DNA from: a virus
Direction: 5' to 3' (one strand)
IMG/VR virus record: IMGVR_UViG_3300005856_000023
Location: 65,011 to 129,010 of that record
DNA: 64,000 nucleotides
Shown here: one piece after another, positions 20,348 through 29,306 of the stretch
Layout of the letters: every line of letters begins with the position of its first letter
Position numbering within the stretch: the first letter of the stretch is position 1
Made by a program: the position numbers and the translations under genes
The notes under the pieces: model-generated
Told to the model about the DNA's origin: nothing
The model's database searches: none
Seen by the model: only the letters and a program-made list of their open reading frames with translations

Positions 20348-20746
20348 TCCTTGTCTGTTAAGCTTCTTGGTAGTGAATGCTATAGCCCTCCTCTTCATAG
20401 CCTTTCAGAAAGCCCTCCATTTCCTCTCTTTTCAGCAGATGGCATGGGTAATCTCATAAACCCTAATCCTTGAGTGATAATTCCCACCATCATTATGCAT
20501 AATCCGGTCGTATTTCCAACAATCACACGGTTCTTCTACTATCACACACTCCTCTAATACTTGTAGGTTGTCTATCAACTCCGCCAAGCCCTCATCACCA
20601 TTTATCCCATACACCTCATCATACCCAAAGCTTTCCACAACCACATTGCCAAGCACTCCGCGGTCGCAATACTCTCTCATGTCCCTTTCGTATTTGCACA
20701 TGGTTTGCAACTCTTTCATGACTTCACCTCCTCTTAAGGTTTTCAT
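20348..20746 (-). pseudogene. Probably frameshifted or internally deleted hypothetical gene
   Basis: The ORF stops at 20432, but a protein-like tail (LLKREEMEGFLKGYEEEGYSIHYQEA*) continues in another frame to 20348. Confidence 0.45.
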
Positions 20747-20803
20747 AATTTTAATTTTAGACAAGTTTTAGACTTATCATGTGTAGTATGCTTAAAGTAT
20801 ATT

Positions 20804-21361
20804 TTACTCAACCTGTATAGCATAAAGATCTTTTAAGTTGCGATACATGCCCATGTAATCCAAGCCATATCCGATAATCCAGATGTTTTCATTGTCTATG
20901 GTGAACAGACTGAAATCTGGCTTGTAGACATTATCTTTAGTTACGTTTGCCAGCAATGTAGCTGTTATTATTTGTTTAGCTCCTTTATTTTGTAAATGTT
21001 CTGTTACAAAATACAATGTTTTGCCCGTTGCCACTATATCATCAAGCAATAATACAACTTGATCTTTTATATTGTGATTTATGTCTTTAATGAATTTAAT
21101 GTTTCCGGATGTGAATGAGTTTCCATAACTGCTTACTTGGATGAAATCCAAAACAACAGGTATTTTGCTGAAAGCAGATGCTACATCTATTGTGAAATAA
21201 ATTGCTCCAGTTAGTATACCGATAATGAATAGTTTATTGATATTGTTTGTAATTAATTCTCTTTCTAAGTCGTTTACAAATTCGTTAATACTTGATGTTA
21301 TTTGTTTGTTATCAATAAACAAATGAGCTAATTTACCATCAGGTAAATGTATATATGACAT
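20804..21361 (-). CDS. hpt: Hypoxanthine-guanine phosphoribosyltransferase
   Basis: VSSYG, PRPP-binding VLLLDDIVATGKTL and GYGLDY..YRNL; SD GGAGGTG before the ATG at 21361. Confidence 0.92.
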   Translation of the reverse strand: MSYIHLPDGKLAHLFIDNKQITSSINEFVNDLERELITNNINKLFIIGILTGAIYFTIDVASAFSKIPVVLDFIQVSSYGNSFTSGNIKFIKDINHNIKDQVVLLLDDIVATGKTLYFVTEHLQNKGAKQIITATLLANVTKDNVYKPDFSLFTIDNENIWIIGYGLDYMGMYRNLKDLYAIQVE

Positions 21362-21520
21362 AGTCCACCTCCTAATGCGTTTTGTAGCAATAACAATTTG
21401 TATATAACCTTCTCTAGCCAATCTCTCTATAAATCTTCTTTCTGTGAATGTTAATTTGGAGTGATATCTTGCAATACCGCAACGTACTTCAGGGAATTTG
21501 TACTTAGATTTCTAGCAAAT

Positions 21521-22144
21521 CTACTTGTAAACTAAAATCTCTTTGAGATCAATAACTTTAACACTATATGGTTGCATACTACAGAATCTATCATCAGGTT
21601 TATATGCAACATATATATACATATCATCAATAATGGTGTAATATAGAGGCATAAATGTATTTGCAATAACTAGCTTATCATTTTCTACGTCATAAACTAT
21701 TTCTACACTTGATCTTGGATATTTTTTTACTGATTGCATAAACCATTTGTTAATGTTCTCATAATCAATAGTCTCATATATATCAAGCAAAGCCTGACTA
21801 TCAATCTTAATGTTTTTGTTTATTTGTTCTGCATTTGGTATTATTCCATGATGTGCTACATAAAATCTATTGTTTGTGTAAATATTCGGTCCATTGTATG
21901 TATTTGTTTCTGTTTCTGGTATTGCTCTACTATGTAGTAATAACAACTTAGTTGGCATATATAAATCAACTAGTGTTTTGAATGTATCATAATCTTTGTT
22001 ATGTATTAAGCGAACATTAAAATCATCATCAACAATCAATGCACTGTAATTATCTCTACCTTTTGTTGGCAATATATCAAGCATATAATCAACTAAATCA
22101 GGCTCCAAATAATTCTTGCTGTAGGATAAAACTATGTTACACAT
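21521..22144 (-). CDS. Class II (Ntn) glutamine amidotransferase, Gat-QueC-type
   Basis: N-terminal Cys2 (MCNI), GRD, HSRAIPETE, HHGII and IDS; overlaps the queC stop. Confidence 0.8.
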   Translation of the reverse strand: MCNIVLSYSKNYLEPDLVDYMLDILPTKGRDNYSALIVDDDFNVRLIHNKDYDTFKTLVDLYMPTKLLLLHSRAIPETETNTYNGPNIYTNNRFYVAHHGIIPNAEQINKNIKIDSQALLDIYETIDYENINKWFMQSVKKYPRSSVEIVYDVENDKLVIANTFMPLYYTIIDDMYIYVAYKPDDRFCSMQPYSVKVIDLKEILVYK

Positions 22145-22955
22145 GGCTTGCTCCTAAGGTAAGTCCAAATTTCTCAAGTTTTTGTTCTAGTTTCTGTTTA
22201 TCCTGTAATGCTACATCCAAGAGCATTTTAACATCTTCATAACTTACCGGTTGAGAATCAAAATCTATTTCAATAGCATAATCTATTTGATCTTTAACTT
22301 TGGCTCTTTTGAATGCTTCTATTCTAAATCTACATGAGTTACATACTCCACATGCTAAGTTGTTAACAGGATAATAGCAAGATGTTGAATTTTTGAAATC
22401 TGCTCCAAGATATGCTCCAATCTTTACCAATTCTGTTTTTGTGAATCTTATTGTTGGACTTATGAAGAAGATTGGTTGCTCATAGGGATAGTATGTAGTA
22501 GCAAGAAACATTTCATTCAAATTCTCAAGAAATCTATCTGTGTTATCTGGGTATGCTCCCATTTCACTAATATTGAATGCAAATGATACTATGTTAATGT
22601 TTAATTTGCGAGCATATTGTGCTCCTATCAGTGCAAACTGTAAATTCCTGTATGGAACTAAATCTACAGGAGCCTCTCTGCCATCAGATACATCTACATC
22701 AATATCACTATTTCCATCTGTCAATTTTGAACCAAGTATTCTATCACTAATTTTATGCGTGATTAATTTTAATCCATTTGCAGAAGCAAATCTTTTTGTA
22801 GATTGTAATTCAGCTTCTAATGCTTTTTGTCCATAATCAATAAACAACAATATAGGTTCAATCTTGTAAATATGTTGTAATATGCTAACATTAACAACAG
22901 AATCTAATCCTGAACTGAATAGTACAATTGCTTTTTGGTTAGTTACGTTTGTCAT
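22137..22955 (-). CDS. queC: 7-cyano-7-deazaguanine (preQ0) synthase
   Basis: SSGLDS PP-loop, YGQ, VPYRN, YPD and SCY...CGVCNSCRFR. Confidence 0.95.
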   Translation of the reverse strand: MTNVTNQKAIVLFSSGLDSVVNVSILQHIYKIEPILLFIDYGQKALEAELQSTKRFASANGLKLITHKISDRILGSKLTDGNSDIDVDVSDGREAPVDLVPYRNLQFALIGAQYARKLNINIVSFAFNISEMGAYPDNTDRFLENLNEMFLATTYYPYEQPIFFISPTIRFTKTELVKIGAYLGADFKNSTSCYYPVNNLACGVCNSCRFRIEAFKRAKVKDQIDYAIEIDFDSQPVSYEDVKMLLDVALQDKQKLEQKLEKFGLTLGASHV

Positions 22956-22974
22956 AATGATAAATTTAGTTTAC

Positions 22975-24290
22975 CTGCTAACTATCTTAATCCAGTAAGC
23001 AATAACATTACAATAGATGTTTCAGAGTTTTGTACAATAAAATTGCTAACGATACTAGCTATGTCTTTTCTTATGATATCCTCCCTCTTTGTTTTCTTTA
23101 CAGTGAACAGAATCTAGACATGCAAACAGTATAAAACTAAATGTAAACTGCAAACGATAAGTTGTCAAAATAAATTCTCCCTCTTTTTTTGTTTGGTTTT
23201 CTAAGACTATGGACTATAAATTTAAGCACGAATGCAATCAAACTATATCATAATTGTAATAATGTAAAATGCAACTAATGATATAGAACTGCAAAAGGAA
23301 ACTTGAAGATTTCCTCCCTCTTTTTGTTTTACTGAACAGTCTATAAGTAAGTTTAGGCATAGTGAATAAAACTTTTACTACACTATAGCTAAACTATATA
23401 GTAAGTATATAGACGATATTTACTATGTATGATACACATATAAAATCAGCATACATTCATAAGCAATATTCAAAATACAGAATACAAAATATAGACAATA
23501 AGTCAAATAAGTATATAACATACTAACAGATATTATATAACTGATTTAACAATAGTATTTCTTTGTTTTGTAATACAGTATCTATATTCTGTATTCTGTT
23601 TAATTGTTACATTGTTATCTTCTTTTTCTGATAATCTATCTGTTTTACAATAACGTTATAGATAATATGTATACTGTATTGTTATTATTCCGTTCCGATA
23701 TAGTAACAATATTTATAGCTTATTTATCCTCTATACGTTATGTGTACAACATATACCAAATATATAATTTAGCATTGCATGACAAACAGTGAAATAGAAA
23801 GACAAAACAATTAACAGATCAGATACAAAACGATACAATAGTTTCTATGCAATCAAATTTTACTTTTTGTTCTTTGCAGTAGAAATTTAGCTATTGTGAT
23901 TACAGATTATAAAGAAAACTATTTTCTGTTTTTTGCAAACATATAATACCGTATTCTGTTATGCTATAGATCATAATCTGTTTACAGAGAAATATTTCTT
24001 TTTTTGTCTATTGCAATAGAATTCATTTTATTTCGATACAACTGTATTTGCAATCGGATTTAAAGAATCTTTCTGCTAACAGATATTTAGAAACAGTGTA
24101 TCATATACATTTAAAATGTTTTCTGCAAACAAATATATTAGACTTACATCTATTGTTTAGAAGTTTTAATGCAATGCAATTCAAAAACAGTAGATAAGAA
24201 AGCAATAAGATTTAAGAAATGTATTGCATACAAAAAAAGCAAAATATTCACTAAGTCCACTTTTATAGTATGTGTTATCAAATGTATATT
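22975..24290. other. Long AT-rich non-coding region (candidate small RNAs and/or origin)
   Basis: About 1.3 kb with no credible ORF in an otherwise dense genome; three GAGGGAG-containing units on the minus strand. Confidence 0.6.
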
Positions 24291-24304
24291 GTAGCTATCA
24301 TTTT

Positions 24305-24835
24305 ATGTTTTCATATGAAAGTTTTGATAGCAGCATAAAAAAGATAGATAACATCATAATCTTTTTGGAGTCTAAAGGAAATAAAACAGAAAGCACAAAT
24401 TTAAACAATAATGAAAACAGTTTGAAAAACAATGATTTAAGTTTAACGGATTTTAGTTTGAATGAACAAGAAAACAGTTTAAAAAACAACGATGATAGTT
24501 TAATAGATTTGGATGCAGAGTTAGATATAAATAAAGTTCAATCCAATATAGATGATATAAGTGCTATCAATGTAAATGATATAGATGAACAACTATATAA
24601 AGAGACATTGCTCTCAAAAATAGATTATATTGTAACTCTGATACAGATATTACATAGGAAACTAATAAATGATCTAGAGAAAAAGTATATGTTAAAATTC
24701 TTGCAAAAAGAGTTAAGTAAAATTGCAACTGCTATGAACAGCGAAACCAGTATAAACAATGTTGATGAATATCTTGATGCTATCATTCAGAAATTGGAAG
24801 CATTTATTGCAGAGCAAATAACAAAAAAAATCTAA
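24305..24835 (+). CDS. Hypothetical acidic protein
   Basis: AGCT-N8-ATG at 24305; ENSLKNND repeated twice. Confidence 0.7.
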   Translation: MFSYESFDSSIKKIDNIIIFLESKGNKTESTNLNNNENSLKNNDLSLTDFSLNEQENSLKNNDDSLIDLDAELDINKVQSNIDDISAINVNDIDEQLYKETLLSKIDYIVTLIQILHRKLINDLEKKYMLKFLQKELSKIATAMNSETSINNVDEYLDAIIQKLEAFIAEQITKKI

Positions 24836-24844
24836 TAGTACTGG

Positions 24845-25540
24845 TTAGGTTTTATTTTTGTATACGAGTTTAACTCCATCTAGTTTCTTTATATCTTCTG
24901 CGGTTAAATATTTGTTGTTTTTGGCTTGCTTTCTATCAACACCAAGATACATAGAACCGTTATTGAACTCTATTATTTTGTAGCGGTATAATAAAGGTTT
25001 TAGTTTACTTAGTTTTGCTACTAATTCTTTGTCTTGCTGTAAAGCTTTAATTTTTTGTTCTGTAGCAATAACATCAAATGATATATTGTTATTCTTTTTA
25101 GTGTTTGTTTCTGCATCCACTTTTGGTGTTTCTTCATTATTATTATTAGCAGACTCTAGGTTCAATTGTACTTGTTTGTTTTCTGTATTACTCAATATGT
25201 AAGCAATTATACTTGGTAAAACAAGGTTAGCAAAAGGAACAAATATAGTTATTGATACTGAGAGTAAAGAGACATCTGTCCATAGTTTTGTAGTTGCAGT
25301 CATAACTAAAAACCAAACAAATGCTCCAAATGATAAAGCAATAATCTTTAGAATTAATTTACGATAATAGATAGCTACAAACGAAAAGTATGCTGCTAAT
25401 AATTCTACACCTAACGATAATGGTATTGTCTGTAACGTATGCACAGCAAAATATCTATAGACATAAACCAGATCTACAAATATGAACATGAGTATTAGTG
25501 TGTATATAGTTAAGCCAGAAATCATAAAGAATTTCTGCAT
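24845..25540 (-). CDS. Membrane protein (about 4 TM helices)
   Basis: Hydrophobic N-terminal half, charged C-terminus. Confidence 0.7.
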   Translation of the reverse strand: MQKFFMISGLTIYTLILMFIFVDLVYVYRYFAVHTLQTIPLSLGVELLAAYFSFVAIYYRKLILKIIALSFGAFVWFLVMTATTKLWTDVSLLSVSITIFVPFANLVLPSIIAYILSNTENKQVQLNLESANNNNEETPKVDAETNTKKNNNISFDVIATEQKIKALQQDKELVAKLSKLKPLLYRYKIIEFNNGSMYLGVDRKQAKNNKYLTAEDIKKLDGVKLVYKNKT

Positions 25541-25566
25541 TTAGTTTAGCTAATAAAAACAAAAAA

Positions 25567-26358
25567 TTATTTGTTAAATAAACTGCATTTGCTTTGATAT
25601 TTACAAAACCTACATAGAGGGTTTTTTCTTGGTTCGTATTCTGATCTTAATACTTTATCTGTAAGCTCATTAATAGTCTCTAATACCTCCGTCTTACTTT
25701 TTTGTTCAGTATTATTCACTATCCTTACATCCATATCAGCAAATGATACATAGATAAAATATGATTTCTCTACATCAAATAGAGAGGTATAAATACTTAG
25801 TTGCCAGTTATAATCATCGTAAATATATAGATTTGATAATGGTTTGCTAGTTGTTTTTAAATCAACAATTGCATTTGATAAAATAAGATCTGGTGTTAAC
25901 TTGAGTATGAATTTATCATTTTCAAACAGATAAACACTTTCAACTTCTATTATTTTTTGATTAAAACTTAGTATGGCTTGAAATGCTTTCTTAGCTAAAT
26001 ATCCATACTCTATAGAGTCTTTAAATAACTTTTTATTCTCTATATTGTTTGTTTCTTCTAATATCTCAGCTATCGTATTATCAATAACTTCAAGCAGTAA
26101 TTGATTTGTTCTTCCATTTAAACCAAATAGATATGATCTCAATAAGAATTCAACTGCCCTATGAATAATAATTCCATGTGCTAAAGCTATATTCCTGGGT
26201 AAGTCTAGTTTTTGTTCCTTCTGATCCATGATAAATAGTTTGAAATATAATGGACATCTCTTATACGTAAGCAATGAGTTTGTTCTCCAAAATACCTTGT
26301 TATTTTCCAATATGCTAAATCCATTACTTTTTCTATCCAGCAATCTAGAGATATTCAT
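25567..26358 (-). CDS. Cas4/RecB-like PD-(D/E)xK exonuclease
   Basis: YKRCP, G..IH, PDLI..VDLKT, QLSIY and CRFCKYQSKC (Fe-S staple). CTAAATTT at -14 from the ATG at 26358. Confidence 0.85.
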   Translation of the reverse strand: MNISRLLDRKSNGFSILENNKVFWRTNSLLTYKRCPLYFKLFIMDQKEQKLDLPRNIALAHGIIIHRAVEFLLRSYLFGLNGRTNQLLLEVIDNTIAEILEETNNIENKKLFKDSIEYGYLAKKAFQAILSFNQKIIEVESVYLFENDKFILKLTPDLILSNAIVDLKTTSKPLSNLYIYDDYNWQLSIYTSLFDVEKSYFIYVSFADMDVRIVNNTEQKSKTEVLETINELTDKVLRSEYEPRKNPLCRFCKYQSKCSLFNK

Positions 26359-26431
26359 AATCTCAAATTTAGCTGTGATGTCTAAACATTCATAATCAAA
26401 CAATTTATACAACTAAACTAAAATTATAGTT

Positions 26432-27370
26432 ATGGGTTTGCTTGTTGAGAAATACAGACCAGATTCACTCGAACATGTTGTACTCCCTTATTATGTAAAG
26501 GAGAAAATAAAACAAATGATTGATAGCAAGGATATACCAAATTTGCTTTTGTATGGTCCACCAGGAACAGGTAAAACAACCATAGCCAGAATAATAATCA
26601 AAAACATTCTAACCAATGAGAAGAATGCTCTAATATTGAATGCTTCTGATGACAGAGGCATAGATGTTATACGTAACAAAATTACTCCTTTTATATCTGT
26701 TAAACCTGCAAATGATAATTTTAGGATTGTATTCATGGAAGAAGTAGGTGCACCACAGGGTGGCTTAACAATGGCAGCACAATCAGCATTATTGAATATA
26801 ATTGAAGATAAGCATACTTATGCTAGATTTATAATGACAACAAATTTTCCTGAAAGATTATTGCCATCCTTAAGATCTAGATTTGTTCAAATAAAAATAG
26901 AAGAAATGCAAAAAAATGATATGCTTGATAGATTGAGATATATATGCGAACAAGAACAAATACAATATGATGATCAACAATTAATGAGAATAATAAACAC
27001 TACATATCCGAATATGAGAAATGCTCTACAACTATTAGAAGGATGTATTGTGCAGAGAGCAAATGTTAAGTTAATTGATGATAATCTGTTAACAAAAGCA
27101 ATAGCCGAAATTTATAGTATTAATAGAATTGAACTCAGCAAACAATTCATAGTTGCATTATGGAAAAACAGAAAGAATTTCACGAAAGAAACAATCAAAA
27201 CTTTACCGTTTGTTATTGATAAAATTGAGGATATTCCTATTGAAACTGTTATGCAATTACTAGACAAGAAGGATGAACTTGAATTGATTGAGATGATGAT
27301 AGATTTAAGAAAAAAGAATAAAGATGCTAGCTTGATAGATTTGATTGCTCAGATACTTAATAGTGATTAG
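26432..27370 (+). CDS. Clamp loader subunit (RFC-small / T4 gp44-like)
   Basis: EKYRP, NLLLYGPPGTGKTT, LNASDDRGID and LRSRF. Confidence 0.92.
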   Translation: MGLLVEKYRPDSLEHVVLPYYVKEKIKQMIDSKDIPNLLLYGPPGTGKTTIARIIIKNILTNEKNALILNASDDRGIDVIRNKITPFISVKPANDNFRIVFMEEVGAPQGGLTMAAQSALLNIIEDKHTYARFIMTTNFPERLLPSLRSRFVQIKIEEMQKNDMLDRLRYICEQEQIQYDDQQLMRIINTTYPNMRNALQLLEGCIVQRANVKLIDDNLLTKAIAEIYSINRIELSKQFIVALWKNRKNFTKETIKTLPFVIDKIEDIPIETVMQLLDKKDELELIEMMIDLRKKNKDASLIDLIAQILNSD

Positions 27371-27532
27371 TTGATGCATTTAAAAATATTAGACTTTTTG
27401 AACCTTAAATCGTCAAGCTATAACTTCAGGCATGGCTTTATGCCATGCGGTTTTTACCTCTGTGTTAACTAACTCTTTACAAAAACTTCTTTACTTAGTT
27501 AACTCCCTCTTAACAATTTAGTTTAGAAGGAG

Positions 27533-28705
27533 GTGGCTGGCATGGATGCTAAGAACTTGCAAGTTAGAGATGTAATTGATAGCAAGACCGTATTTGAAAC
27601 TAAAGATGGCAAAATTGTGGAAACCTCTGCTTTTCCTTTCTGGAGGCTGGCGTTCAATGTAAAACATGAACTTTCAGATAAGACTTGGCGGTATGCTGCG
27701 GGCTGGAGTGAAGAATACCCTCTAAAGTTTGCACAGGTTCATGTGGAAAGGGACTTGGAAAAGGATGAATTTGCAAATGGCAAAGAGTTTCAGGAGTTTG
27801 TGGAAAAACTGACGAACGGGACTTTTTACGATATGAGTTTCACTTGGGCTGGGTCTGAATGGCTAAAAGGCTACTTTAAGATGGACGAACCTTTCAAAAT
27901 GGAAGTGTGGTCTTATTGGATAAAGGGAGTGCTGATAGGCTTGAGGTTCATTCGCTGGGGCAACTCCACTTACGCATCCAACATCAAAAAATTCACAATA
28001 GAAACTCCAAGCGGTGTTCTCTTTGAAAAGGAAAGACCGATGCTTAAGGCTTCTCCATATCCTCATAAAGACTGGTATATCATCCACGAGGTCTCTCAGA
28101 AAGACCTTGTAAGAAGTGCAAGGCTGAAAATGGCACATGAATACGGCAGTGCAGTGGGCTATCACACCGCAGGCTTGGCCTCAAGGCTTCTAAGGGACAA
28201 GGGCGTGCTTGGAAAGGTTCTACCTCTAAAGCCCATTGACTTTCAACCTTCTGAAAAGGGAGGCTATATTGTCAAAGGCTACGGCAAATACATAATCACA
28301 GATGCAAACAAGTTTGGCTATTACCTCATCACAGAAGAACTTGAGAGGGTAAAGTTTGCTAAACTTGTAAAAGAAGTGGATGATGTGGAAGAGGAAATAA
28401 GAGCTTGGGAGAAGATAAAGGCAGAAAGAGAGGAAGAACTAAAGGAGAAACTTCTAAAAGGAGAAGCTTATGTGGTGAGTGTTTCTTATGTGATGAATGA
28501 GAAGAAAATCACAAAATTCTACTACTTAGAAAGGGAAAACGGAAAGCTGGTTCTCAGAGTTCCCAAATGGATGGCAGGACATGTGATAGGAAAAGGAGGG
28601 CAAAGGATAAAGAGATTGCAGGAGGTCTTGGGAGAAAAGGTGTACATAGAGACTTATGATGATGGTGTGATGCCCGAAAAAATTGAGTTGAGTTTTGGGT
28701 GGTAG
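27533..28705 (+). CDS. Hypothetical protein with C-terminal KH domain
   Basis: VIGKGGQRIKRL (GxxG KH loop); SD-led, higher GC than its neighbours. Confidence 0.75.
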   Translation: MAGMDAKNLQVRDVIDSKTVFETKDGKIVETSAFPFWRLAFNVKHELSDKTWRYAAGWSEEYPLKFAQVHVERDLEKDEFANGKEFQEFVEKLTNGTFYDMSFTWAGSEWLKGYFKMDEPFKMEVWSYWIKGVLIGLRFIRWGNSTYASNIKKFTIETPSGVLFEKERPMLKASPYPHKDWYIIHEVSQKDLVRSARLKMAHEYGSAVGYHTAGLASRLLRDKGVLGKVLPLKPIDFQPSEKGGYIVKGYGKYIITDANKFGYYLITEELERVKFAKLVKEVDDVEEEIRAWEKIKAEREEELKEKLLKGEAYVVSVSYVMNEKKITKFYYLERENGKLVLRVPKWMAGHVIGKGGQRIKRLQEVLGEKVYIETYDDGVMPEKIELSFGW

Positions 28706-28709
28706 CAAG

Positions 28710-29306
28710 TTAAACTCCTTCGGGCCAGGGTTCAGTAAATGTTAATGAATCTGGAGCAGGTAAATCTTTTTTACTGGTAGCATTTTCAATCTTTTGTTTC
28801 ATTTGATGATATTGTTGTTTAACTCTGTGAACAAAGTATTGTCTGAAAGCAACCTTCATTAATTGTGTAAGCCAGTGATTAATGTAAGGATCTTGTGTTG
28901 AGCCATAAACTGCTAGTATATTGTTCAAAGCAGTAGTGAAATCAGGATAATATGCTAAAACTTGAGCTGCTATATCTGCTCTTAATTGTGTTGTATTGAT
29001 CTGTTTATATGCTAGGTAAGTTTCTCCTACTTCCTTATCAGATATATCAGATTTCTGTTTCGAATCAGGATAGTATGTATTTATATAAGCCGTTGCTCTG
29101 TTTTGTAATAATTTGATTAAGTCTGCTTTGACTTCTGCGAGTTTTTCTGCTTCTGTTTTTACTCTGATTTGTCCGTTGTCAAGAATTACATCATCAGGAG
29201 ATGATACTTCAAGTTCTATTGCTTGGACGCCTTCAGGAACCGCTTCAGGCAACAAAGCACAACAAAGTATGTTTAATTGTGGATGTATGTAAGCCCAGAC
29301 TTTCAT
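28710..29306 (-). CDS. Putative tail fibre assembly/chaperone protein
   Basis: Directly downstream of a fibre-like gene; helical, with a C-terminal IENAT...WP pattern typical of fibre chaperones. Confidence 0.5.
   Translation of the reverse strand: MKVWAYIHPQLNILCCALLPEAVPEGVQAIELEVSSPDDVILDNGQIRVKTEAEKLAEVKADLIKLLQNRATAYINTYYPDSKQKSDISDKEVGETYLAYKQINTTQLRADIAAQVLAYYPDFTTALNNILAVYGSTQDPYINHWLTQLMKVAFRQYFVHRVKQQYHQMKQKIENATSKKDLPAPDSLTFTEPWPEGV

Noticed and set aside
25567-26358. Cas4-like gene as part of a CRISPR-Cas system
   Set aside because: There are no other cas genes and no array. Stand-alone Cas4/RecB-like exonucleases are common in phage replication modules.
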